Source of the DNA: Chloroflexota bacterium
Lineage (GTDB): Bacteria; Chloroflexota; Chloroflexia; Chloroflexales; Roseiflexaceae
Length of the DNA: 64,000 nucleotides
Direction of reading: 5' to 3'
Assembly: GCA_041165505.1 (NCBI GenBank)
Contig: JBEANH010000001.1
Coordinates: forward strand, 12,021 to 76,020
In this document: positions 29,586 through 37,827 of the stretch, in pieces
Layout: each line of letters starts with the position of its first letter
How positions within the stretch are numbered: position 1 is the stretch's first letter
Translations under genes and position numbers: made by a program
Notes under the pieces: generated by a model
Told to the model about the DNA's origin: nothing
What the model saw: only the letters and a program-made list of their open reading frames with translations
The model's database searches: none

Positions 29586-30662
29586 TTATTCACCTACCAC
29601 GTGGGTCATGAGTCGGTGAATTGGTTTGCTGTTGTCTGGGCCACAGGCGGCTTCATCTGGTTTGTCTGAGAGACCAAAAAGCAAGGCACCTTGTGCTTTC
29701 CAGCGTTGTGCTTGTTGCCACAGTTCACCGGTAATCACGATTTCACTGTTGAGGAGTGTTGTTACTGGCTCTGCATCTGATGCACAGCCAAAGCGTTTCG
29801 CTGTTTCCGTATATTCCAAATACCGGAACGACTTGAAGGGAGTCATGTCACCTGCACGGTAGAGTGTTGTAAATTGGTGATGGAACGGTGCGAGTGGCGA
29901 CTGAAATGCATTTACACGCGCTTCGGTAAGATCCACAAAATGGTCAAAATAGCGCATCATGCCTTGTGCAAACATGGCCTGCAGTGCTTCTGGAGTTATA
30001 ATATTCCCTCCAGCCATCACGCAGATAAACGCCAAAAAATCCTGATTATCGCCGGTAAACCGGTGGAAACGCGGTTGGTTAAAACAGTGGTACGTTTCGC
30101 TGAACCGCCCTTCGTCGTAGTCGTCGCCGAGTACATCAATGACAGCACTTTTGAGGGCAGTCAGGCGCGCAGTATCTATGAGATGATGATTACGACCACG
30201 TGCGCCAATCAACGTCTTGTCCAGATCTATGATAATTGCAGTCTGCGCATCGACGCTTTGTTGCGCAGCAAACGCATCTATTGCACTCCAGCGATTCGCA
30301 AGCATGATGCCTGCTTCGCTCGATGCCGAGTAGCTTGGTTGGTCGTTTGCTTTTTCATCACAGATAAATGCCGCTCCAGCCCACCCAGTTCGCTTGGCAA
30401 TGGTGGTATATGTGCCACCATCACTCTGGCGCGTATCACCGATCATACAAAATCGTTGGATGTGGCCAGCTTTTCGTAGTGCTTGAGCAGCGTTCAAGAT
30501 GGTGACCGCAACGTTCGCATATGCATCGTCGCCCTTGCGTGGTTGCGTGTTGGGGGCGATTTCTGCAAGTCCAGGCAAACGTCGGTCGGCGGGGCGGATG
30601 TTGCGATACGCCACGAAGTCGTCGAGTAGATCAGCGACGGCGTGACGGCCATAGATGTGCAT
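29586..30662 (-). CDS. HAD-superfamily-like protein of unknown function
   Basis: DLDKT (motif I-like) lies at 30213-30227 and a GDTRQSD motif at 30420-30440. I chose the ATG at 30662, which has a GGGAGG RBS. The longer ORF to 30791 overlaps asd. Confidence 0.55.
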   Translation of the reverse strand: MHIYGRHAVADLLDDFVAYRNIRPADRRLPGLAEIAPNTQPRKGDDAYANVAVTILNAAQALRKAGHIQRFCMIGDTRQSDGGTYTTIAKRTGWAGAAFICDEKANDQPSYSASSEAGIMLANRWSAIDAFAAQQSVDAQTAIIIDLDKTLIGARGRNHHLIDTARLTALKSAVIDVLGDDYDEGRFSETYHCFNQPRFHRFTGDNQDFLAFICVMAGGNIITPEALQAMFAQGMMRYFDHFVDLTEARVNAFQSPLAPFHHQFTTLYRAGDMTPFKSFRYLEYTETAKRFGCASDAEPVTTLLNSEIVITGELWQQAQRWKAQGALLFGLSDKPDEAACGPDNSKPIHRLMTHVVGE

Positions 30663-30673
30663 CGTAGCCTCCC

Positions 30674-31735
30674 TTATTTGCTGGTGTATCCAGCGGCAAC
30701 GAGTAGCTCTGCATTCAAGATGGCGCCCCCGGCAGCGCCGCGGATCGTGTTGTGAGACAAGACCACCATGCGCAGTTCGTTGATGGTGCAAGCGCGAATA
30801 CGTCCAACTGAGACTGACATTCCGTTGCCGAGGTCGCGATCTCGGCGCGGTTGAGGCCGTTCAGGGTGAGTGTGGAGCACGATGGCTTGGGCAGGTGCGC
30901 TCGGTAATGTACGTACCAAGGCTGGCGCTTGCCACGTTTCGTACAACCGTACGGCGTCTTCACTTGTGATGCCTTTGGCTGACTGAACAGAAAGGAGTGC
31001 GGTGTGCCCGTCAATGACGGGAACCCTGGTGACTTGGGCACTGATGCGTGTGGTGGCGTGATGGATGCTCCCTGCTTGGTAGGCTCCGAGAATTTTGCCG
31101 GGCTCTGTTTCGATTTTCTCTTCCTCGGTTCCATTTGCAATGTTGGGGACGATGTTGTCAATGATGTCGAGGGATGCTACACCCGGGTATCCTGCTCCTG
31201 ATACTGCTTGGAGTGTTGCTGCATGCACATGTGTCAACCCTACTGCGTCATAGAGTGGTTTAAGCGCCATTGCTATGCCAATCACCGAACAGTTCGGATT
31301 GGTGACGAGTGCACCACGCCAGCCACGCTGTTTACGCTGGTGGTCAATCATGTTGACGTGCTCCGGATTCACCTCTGGGATAACGAGCGGGATGTCGGCT
31401 GTCATGCGGTACGCCGATGCATTTGAACAGACGGCGGTGTGTGCCGCCCAAAGTGGTTCGAATTGCTTGGCTGCATCGGTGGGAAGTGCAGATAATGCAA
31501 TGGCAACATCGGCGACACGATCACTCGGTTGCACAATCATGTTGGCAATGTGTGCTGGTGGTGTACCATCTAAAATCCAGCGTACGAGCTCTCCATATGG
31601 GCGCCCGATGGTGCGATCTGAGCCTGTGAGTACGGCAATTTCAAACCAGGGGTGATTCGCCAGGAGTTGTATCATGCGCTGACCTACTGCTCCTGTAGCT
31701 CCGAGGATGGCAATAGGAATTCGCTTGATGGTCAT
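30674..31735 (-). CDS. asd: Aspartate-semialdehyde dehydrogenase
   Basis: 353 aa with the ILGATGAVGQ NAD(P) motif and the active-site NPNCS. Confidence 0.9.
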   Translation of the reverse strand: MTIKRIPIAILGATGAVGQRMIQLLANHPWFEIAVLTGSDRTIGRPYGELVRWILDGTPPAHIANMIVQPSDRVADVAIALSALPTDAAKQFEPLWAAHTAVCSNASAYRMTADIPLVIPEVNPEHVNMIDHQRKQRGWRGALVTNPNCSVIGIAMALKPLYDAVGLTHVHAATLQAVSGAGYPGVASLDIIDNIVPNIANGTEEEKIETEPGKILGAYQAGSIHHATTRISAQVTRVPVIDGHTALLSVQSAKGITSEDAVRLYETWQAPALVRTLPSAPAQAIVLHTHPERPQPRRDRDLGNGMSVSVGRIRACTINELRMVVLSHNTIRGAAGGAILNAELLVAAGYTSK

Positions 31736-32259
31736 TGAGTACCTCCATATGCATAACGATACACCATGTGTAGTGCATCTATTTCTTGATTATCGATGTA
31801 CAAGAGTGCCGGTTCCTGCGCGTATTCATGAAAACCATGCCGGTGATACAGCGCGATAGCCCGTTGCTGAGTCACTGTCACACTCAATTTTAACATCCGC
31901 AATTGCTGATGTTCGCCATGTGCAATCACTGCATGGATTAATTGAGCCCCGTAGCCACGACCAGTATACGACGGTGCGACAAACATACCCCATATGATAC
32001 CGCAGTGGGCCATCTTGTCAGAACTATCGACACGGCATCCAACCATCCCAACGAGCGTGTCGTCTCTGGCGATCACAAACAGGGCATCAGTGCCCGTCGC
32101 AGTGCGGCGACAAAGTTGTGTCCATGACTCGTCGTTCGCCTGCGCCAGCTGTGGCACACTCATTGCAAATGCATGTGGTTCACTACGGAGTGCTTCATGC
32201 CGCAGGTGTGCTAATGCATACCCGTCACTAGGTAAAATACGTCGCACCGATGGAGACAT
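31732..32259 (-). CDS. GNAT-family N-acetyltransferase
   Basis: 175 aa with acetyl-CoA motif A (VAPSYTGRGYGAQLI). Shows a 4-nt overlap with the asd start and lies 2 nt after the lysC stop. Confidence 0.8.
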   Translation of the reverse strand: MSPSVRRILPSDGYALAHLRHEALRSEPHAFAMSVPQLAQANDESWTQLCRRTATGTDALFVIARDDTLVGMVGCRVDSSDKMAHCGIIWGMFVAPSYTGRGYGAQLIHAVIAHGEHQQLRMLKLSVTVTQQRAIALYHRHGFHEYAQEPALLYIDNQEIDALHMVYRYAYGGTQ

Positions 32260-32261
32260 AA

Positions 32262-33659
32262 CTACGCCAACGCCAATTCGTGGAGTGCTTTGACGGCAAC
32301 ATCACCATCCGATGCAGCTACCACAATACTAATCGAACATTCCGATGAACCTTGTGCGATAACCAAAATATTGACTCCGGCATCTGCGATTGCAGCAAAG
32401 ACGCGTGCGGCCACCCCAGGTCGTTCGTGGATGCCCACGCCAACCACTGTCACGATAACTACATCATCGCGCGATTTGATTTGATCGATGTCGCCACGGG
32501 CGATTTCATGACGCATGGCTGCTTCGAGACTGGTGACCACGGCACGGGTCGAGGTATTGGGTACTACAAAGCAGATGCTCTGTTCGGATGATGCTTGCGA
32601 AATCATCAGCACGTTTGCCCCTGCCTGCGCAACTGCACTAAAGGTGCGTGCTGCCACTCCCTGTACGCCGATCATGCCGCGCCCTTCCACGGTAATCAGA
32701 TTCATGTTGCGGATAACGGTTACTGCCCGGATGGCGTGTGTGGTTGGCTCTGCAATGCGAGTGACCAACGTCCCGGGATGGCTCGGATTAAACGTATTGC
32801 GAATCCGAATGGGAATGCCGCGCTCAATCACAGGACGAATGGTTTTGGGGTGGAGTACTTTGGCACCAAAGTATGCGAGTTCGCTCATTTCGGCATATGA
32901 CAGATGATTGAGGACTTTGGCGTGACTGACGAGGCGCGGGTCAGTGGTCATCACACCATCGACGTCGGTGTAAATGTCTACTTCATCGGCGTCGAGTGCT
33001 TCACCAAAGATAGCTCCGCTATAGTCGCTCCCGCCACGGCCAAGCGTCGTTACTGCACCTTCGGCGGTTGCGCCGATAAAGCCAGTAATGACTGGGGTAA
33101 TCCCTTGGGCGAATAGTGGCACTATTTTGGTGCGGATCTGGTCGCGTGTGTGGGGGTAGATCGGTGCACCATTACCGAATTCCGCCGTCGTCAGTACAAC
33201 CGTGTGTGCATCAACCACTGCTGCACGAACACCGTTCGCATTGAGTGCAGCAGCAACCAAGCGTACACTCATACGCTCGCCGAGGCTTGCAATGGCGTCG
33301 AGCGCCCGTGGAGAAGCTTCACCGAGTACGCTTACCGCCTGCACCAGCAATTCGTATTCAGCAATCAGTGCATTGATTTCATCTGTAACCGCTGGATTGG
33401 GTGCACCACAAAGTTCAGTGAGTGTGGTCAAGTGGCGTTGCCGTAGCGATTCTGCGTTGGCCGTTGCTCCTGCTCTGTCCCCATGAGCTGCCGCATTGGC
33501 TCCATTGAGGAGTAAGTCGGTGACTCCGCTCATCGCAGACACAACAACCGCCACATGATCCCAAGATTGTTTCTGATCGTGGGTAATCTGGCAAAGCATG
33601 CGTATTGCATGCGTATTCCCTACCGATGTACCACCAAACTTCATTGCTAATATGCTCAT
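32262..33659 (-). CDS. lysC: Aspartate kinase (monofunctional, two ACT domains)
   Basis: 465 aa with N-terminal KFGGTSV, the amino-acid-kinase fold and C-terminal tandem ACT regions. Confidence 0.9.
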   Translation of the reverse strand: MSILAMKFGGTSVGNTHAIRMLCQITHDQKQSWDHVAVVVSAMSGVTDLLLNGANAAAHGDRAGATANAESLRQRHLTTLTELCGAPNPAVTDEINALIAEYELLVQAVSVLGEASPRALDAIASLGERMSVRLVAAALNANGVRAAVVDAHTVVLTTAEFGNGAPIYPHTRDQIRTKIVPLFAQGITPVITGFIGATAEGAVTTLGRGGSDYSGAIFGEALDADEVDIYTDVDGVMTTDPRLVSHAKVLNHLSYAEMSELAYFGAKVLHPKTIRPVIERGIPIRIRNTFNPSHPGTLVTRIAEPTTHAIRAVTVIRNMNLITVEGRGMIGVQGVAARTFSAVAQAGANVLMISQASSEQSICFVVPNTSTRAVVTSLEAAMRHEIARGDIDQIKSRDDVVIVTVVGVGIHERPGVAARVFAAIADAGVNILVIAQGSSECSISIVVAASDGDVAVKALHELALA

Positions 33660-33675
33660 CTGCGTCTCTTTCTCG

Positions 33676-34737
33676 TTATGCTAAGCCTAACCATTTCGTG
33701 ATTGCACGCATGTCGGCTGGGATGGGTTCGGGGGCTGCAAATTGGTCAACTGCAGTGTTCGGGTCTTTGAGTCCGTGACCAGTGAGAACTGCTACATACG
33801 TACCCTGTGGGTCAACACGTTTTTGCTCGACGAGCATGCGCAAGCCGGCGACGCCTGCTGCGGATGCCGGTTCGATAAACACCCCTTCGAGGCGTGCCAA
33901 ATCGCGCCACGAACTGAGAATCTGTGCATCGGTGACCGCATCAATGATGCCCTCGGATTCATCGCGTGCGCTTAATGCGTAGCACCAGCTTGCCGGATTG
34001 CCAATCCGAATTGCAGTGGCGATTGTTTCTGGATACGCAATCGGAGCACCCTGCACGATTGCTGCTGATCCTGCGGCTTCGAAGCCGAGCATGCGCGGTA
34101 ACGCGCTGATTTTGCCAGCACGGTAGTACTGCATGAAGCCGTGCCAGTAGGCAGTGATATTACCGGCATTCCCAACTGGCAGACAAAGCCCGTCCGGTGC
34201 CCGTCCAAGCACGTCACAGATTTCGTATGCGGCCGTTGCTTGTCCATCAATGCGATACGGATTGACCGAATTCACCAGGGTGAGCGGATGTGCATCGGAG
34301 ATTTCACGCACGATGCGTAGGGCGTCGTCGAAGTTGCCATCAATGACGAGCAGGCGCGCACCGTACATCAGTGCTTGAGCGAGTTTGCCGAGGGCGATTT
34401 TGCCTGAAGGCACCACAACCACGGCTTCGATACCTGCGCGGGCTGCATAGGCCGCTGCACTCGCTGACGTGTTGCCCGTAGACGCGCAAATGACACAGGT
34501 CGAGCCGGCTTCCACCGCTTTGGCAACCGCCATTACCATGCCACGGTCTTTGAATGAACCGGTAGGGTTCATGCTTTCTAATTTGACATAAAGTTCTTTT
34601 ACGCCTACCGCAGCTGCTAATTTGGGCACTGGCATGAGTGGCGTGTGCCCTTCGCTCAACGTCAGCAGCGGGGTGTTGGCTGTGATTGGCAAAAACGCAC
34701 GATAGTCTTCAAGTAGCATATGCACCCTTTCAATCAA
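33676..34737 (-). CDS. thrC: Threonine synthase
   Basis: 353 aa with the PLP-lysine motif [21 protein letters not shown]. Confidence 0.9.
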   Translation of the reverse strand: MIERVHMLLEDYRAFLPITANTPLLTLSEGHTPLMPVPKLAAAVGVKELYVKLESMNPTGSFKDRGMVMAVAKAVEAGSTCVICASTGNTSASAAAYAARAGIEAVVVVPSGKIALGKLAQALMYGARLLVIDGNFDDALRIVREISDAHPLTLVNSVNPYRIDGQATAAYEICDVLGRAPDGLCLPVGNAGNITAYWHGFMQYYRAGKISALPRMLGFEAAGSAAIVQGAPIAYPETIATAIRIGNPASWCYALSARDESEGIIDAVTDAQILSSWRDLARLEGVFIEPASAAGVAGLRMLVEQKRVDPQGTYVAVLTGHGLKDPNTAVDQFAAPEPIPADMRAITKWLGLA

Positions 34738-34766
34738 AAACCCCCCTCCCTGTTTGGGAGGGGGGC
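34736..34766 (-). terminator. Attenuator terminator directly upstream of the thrC RBS
   Basis: On the minus strand it reads GCCCCCCTCCC-AAACA-GGGAGGGGGG followed by TTTTT. It lies in a divergent intergenic region, so no upstream gene needs terminating. Confidence 0.75.
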
Positions 34767-34781
34767 GACCACATCGTCAGC

Positions 34782-34889
34782 CTACAAACAACCACCTCGC
34801 CAAACCAACCTTCCCACACTTGTGGTGCGGGTAGTCATAGTTGTAGTGGTAGTTGTGAGTGTCAAAAAAGACACGGGATGATTGTTCAT
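34782..34889 (-). CDS. Thr-rich leader peptide (35 aa) of the thrC operon
   Basis: My hand translation gives MNNHPVSFLTLTTTTTTMTTRTTSVGRLVWRGGCL*. Eleven of the 35 codons are Thr, including six consecutive. The ATG lies 6 nt after a -10 box, so the transcript is apparently leaderless. Confidence 0.65.
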   Translation of the reverse strand: MNNHPVSFLTLTTTTTTMTTRTTSVGRLVWRGGCL

Positions 34890-34895
34890 GCCTGT

Positions 34896-34924
34896 ATGAT
34901 ACGACGCTCACGCACGACTGTCAA
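34896..34924 (-). promoter_or_regulatory. Sigma70-like promoter TTGACA-17-TATCAT for the thr leader
   Basis: On the minus strand, TTGACA is at 34924-34919 and TATCAT at 34901-34896, with an exact 17-nt spacer. Confidence 0.55.
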
Positions 34925-34995
34925 CTTTGAAATGGTACTGTCACGATGAGGGTGAAGTGGCTATAATAAGGATATGTCGAAGTAAAGGTGCTGCT

Positions 34996-37827
34996 ATGAA
35001 CAGTTTGACCATGGTTGCGATTGATGTTGAAGCAACTGGATTAAGTGATATTGATGATGAAATCATTGAAATAGCGGCAATCCGCTTCCGTGGTAACGAG
35101 GTGCTTGATACATATACGCGCCTCGTGAAACCATCCATGCCCATCCCCCATAAAATCACACGCATCACGAATATCAGCGATGCCATGGTCGCAGATGCGC
35201 CGTCATTCGCCGATATTCGCAGCGAGTTGCGCACGTTTATTGGCGACGATCCTGTACTCGGACACAATGTCGAATACGATGTGCGGATGCTTGCAAGTTC
35301 CGGATTGCGGCTCAAACAACCCGCAGTGGATACCTTCGAATTGGCCATGCTGGTTGTACCACACGCCAAAAGCTTCCGACTCGGTGATTTGGTAGCGAGT
35401 ATCCAGGCACCGCTGACGCAGACCGGGAACGCCCATCGTGCCCTCTACGATGCACACATGACCCATGCGCTGTTTTGTCGGTTATATGAAATGCTGAGCG
35501 CATTCGAACCTGACACACTCATGGACGTGTTGCGCTTGACCCGTGGCAACGATAGCTGGCCACTCCGGCGCGTCTTCGAGGAAGCCGTGCGTGATGCTAC
35601 CCGTGGTGCCATGACGAATGCCAAGCCACGCGTGCTCCGATCCCTCGACGATTATCTGCCCCTTGAACCGACGAACTCATCGCAACCGGTACGCAGTTCC
35701 ACCGTCGAGCGCATCTTTTCACCGACAGGGCCACTTGGTCGGCTCTTTCCCGGCTATGAGCAGCGAGAACCGCAAGTGGTCATGTCACAGGCTGTTGCGA
35801 CTTCGCTCAATACGTCGGCACACCTGATTGTCGAAGCAGGCACGGGGACAGGTAAAGGCATGGCGTATTTGGTGCCTGCTGCGCTACATGCACTCGAGCG
35901 TGGCCAACGGGTCATCCTGACCACGCACACCATTAATTTGCAAGATCAACTCTTTTTCAAAGACATCCCTGCGCTTGTCGAAATCTTCGACGCCGAACGT
36001 GCCGCCGATAACAGCAACATACCCGACGTGCACCTGCAATCCGCCTTGCTCAAGGGGCGGAGCAATTATCTCTGTTTGCATCGTTTTGAACAACAAAAAA
36101 TGGTCGTTGGTGCAAGTAGTGAAGAGGTGCGGGCATTCCTCAAGGTTGCCATGTGGGCTAACGCCACAGATTCTGGTGATCGTAATGAAATATCGCTCTT
36201 CGACAAAGAATTACTGGTGTGGGATCGTGTGCACGCCGGATTTGATCTGTGTAATGGGCCAGGGTGTAGTTATTTCAATCAGTGTTGGTTCTTTCATGCA
36301 CGTCGTAAAGCCGAAGCTGCCCACCTAGTGGTCGTCAACCATGCCTTGTTGCTTGCAGACATGGTTACGGAATCTCCCATCTTACCGGCGTATGACCATG
36401 TCATCATCGACGAAGCGCACAATCTCGAGGATGTGGCCACCGACCAGTTTGGTTGGCGTATTTCGTATGACGACGTGGATGGATTCTTCCAGGCGATGAT
36501 GCACGAAGGTGGTCAGCAACAGGCCGAAGGGTTACTGTCGCGGCTCCCGAGTTTCCTCAAAGGCAGTATCGCAGGTCCTGATGTCGTCGAGCGCATGTCG
36601 CGTATTGTGCAACGCGTAACACCACATATCGAACGTGCCCGTGAGCATGCCAAAGAGTTGTTTGGCACGTTGTTGCAGGTGTGCCTCAGTGAAGCAGAGA
36701 CTAACAGTTACGACACGCGTTTGCGCATCGTGCCCGCATTGCGCCGCATCCCTCGTTGGGTGAATGTGGCGCAACAATGGGATTCGACGGCGGTTGCCTT
36801 CCAGAATATTGCGCTCCAGCTCGCAGATTTACAGCAAATCGTAGATGGGCTGGCAGGTGCCAATCTCGCCGATTATGAAGCACTCGCCACCCAGACTAAA
36901 TCGTTGAATCGCTTCGTGCTAGAGTTTCTCCATCAAATGGGCATATTCATCACGGGAAGTGACAACAACGCCATAACCTGGATGATTCATGATCGTAATC
37001 GAGAAGTGCTCAAACTTGCCACAGCCCCGCTCGAAGTCGCCACGCTGTTGCATGAACGGTTGTTTGATAAAAAAGCCAGTGTCGTGCTTACCTCGGCAAC
37101 CATGTCTGTCAATGGTCGCTTCGACTACCTTCAGCAACGGCTGGGCGTTGACAATGCACAGCACATTCAGCTTGATTCACCCTACAACTACGAAGACCAA
37201 GTGTTGCTCTATTTGCCACACGACATCCCCGAACCGCGTGACGACGCCTATCAGCCGCTGCTCGAACAAGCAATCATTGATGTAGCAACGGCGGCCGAGG
37301 GACGCACACTGGTGTTGTTTACGGCGACAAGTGCATTACGGGCAACCTACCACGCCCTCGCAGATACGTTGGCGGAGCTCGATATCAATGTGCTTGCCCA
37401 GGGGATTGATGGATCGCGTAAAAGTATCCTTGAGCGCTTCAAAGCCGAACCACGCTCTGTGCTGTTTGGGACGGCGAGTTTTTGGGAGGGGGTGGATGTG
37501 GTCGGTGACGCATTATCGGCACTTGTAATCACGAAGTTGCCCTTTGCGGTGCCGTCAGATCCTATTTATGCGGCACGTGCCGAACACTTCACCGACCCTT
37601 TCAACGAATACTCGTTGCCACAGTCCATACTCAAGTTTAAGCAGGGATTTGGGCGCTTGGTGCGTGCCAAAGAAGACCGTGGGGTGGTGGTGGTCCTTGA
37701 TCGTCGTTTGTCGAGCAAACGCTACGGGCAGCAATTCCTCGAATCGCTGCCCGCAACTCAGGTACGTACAGGGCCACTGCGGGCATTAACCACCGTGGTT
37801 AAACGGATGGTGCCGGCTCCGAAGTAG
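34996..37827 (+). CDS. dinG: DinG-family helicase fused to N-terminal DnaQ-like 3'-5' exonuclease
   Basis: Exo motifs are present (VAIDVEATG, HNVEYDVRML, HRALYDAH). Helicase motifs are Walker A AGTGTGKG and DEAH IIDEAHNL. There is a four-Cys cluster (YLC ... DLCNGPGCSYFNQC). I chose the ATG at 34996. Confidence 0.85.
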   Translation: MNSLTMVAIDVEATGLSDIDDEIIEIAAIRFRGNEVLDTYTRLVKPSMPIPHKITRITNISDAMVADAPSFADIRSELRTFIGDDPVLGHNVEYDVRMLASSGLRLKQPAVDTFELAMLVVPHAKSFRLGDLVASIQAPLTQTGNAHRALYDAHMTHALFCRLYEMLSAFEPDTLMDVLRLTRGNDSWPLRRVFEEAVRDATRGAMTNAKPRVLRSLDDYLPLEPTNSSQPVRSSTVERIFSPTGPLGRLFPGYEQREPQVVMSQAVATSLNTSAHLIVEAGTGTGKGMAYLVPAALHALERGQRVILTTHTINLQDQLFFKDIPALVEIFDAERAADNSNIPDVHLQSALLKGRSNYLCLHRFEQQKMVVGASSEEVRAFLKVAMWANATDSGDRNEISLFDKELLVWDRVHAGFDLCNGPGCSYFNQCWFFHARRKAEAAHLVVVNHALLLADMVTESPILPAYDHVIIDEAHNLEDVATDQFGWRISYDDVDGFFQAMMHEGGQQQAEGLLSRLPSFLKGSIAGPDVVERMSRIVQRVTPHIERAREHAKELFGTLLQVCLSEAETNSYDTRLRIVPALRRIPRWVNVAQQWDSTAVAFQNIALQLADLQQIVDGLAGANLADYEALATQTKSLNRFVLEFLHQMGIFITGSDNNAITWMIHDRNREVLKLATAPLEVATLLHERLFDKKASVVLTSATMSVNGRFDYLQQRLGVDNAQHIQLDSPYNYEDQVLLYLPHDIPEPRDDAYQPLLEQAIIDVATAAEGRTLVLFTATSALRATYHALADTLAELDINVLAQGIDGSRKSILERFKAEPRSVLFGTASFWEGVDVVGDALSALVITKLPFAVPSDPIYAARAEHFTDPFNEYSLPQSILKFKQGFGRLVRAKEDRGVVVVLDRRLSSKRYGQQFLESLPATQVRTGPLRALTTVVKRMVPAPK

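Noticed and set aside
29586-30791. The 401-aa version of the HAD-like ORF.
   Set aside because: The extension overlaps the 3' end of asd in another frame and is Arg/His/Cys-rich. The ATG at 30662 has a GGGAGG RBS and lies 11 nt after the asd stop.
34740-34900. A Thr T-box riboswitch upstream of thrC (GGTGGT and many ACC/ACT triplets).
   Set aside because: There is no match to the conserved T-box sequence (AGGGUGGNACCGCG) or to a specifier-loop architecture. The ACN triplets are in frame within a short ORF, so a leader peptide explains them better.
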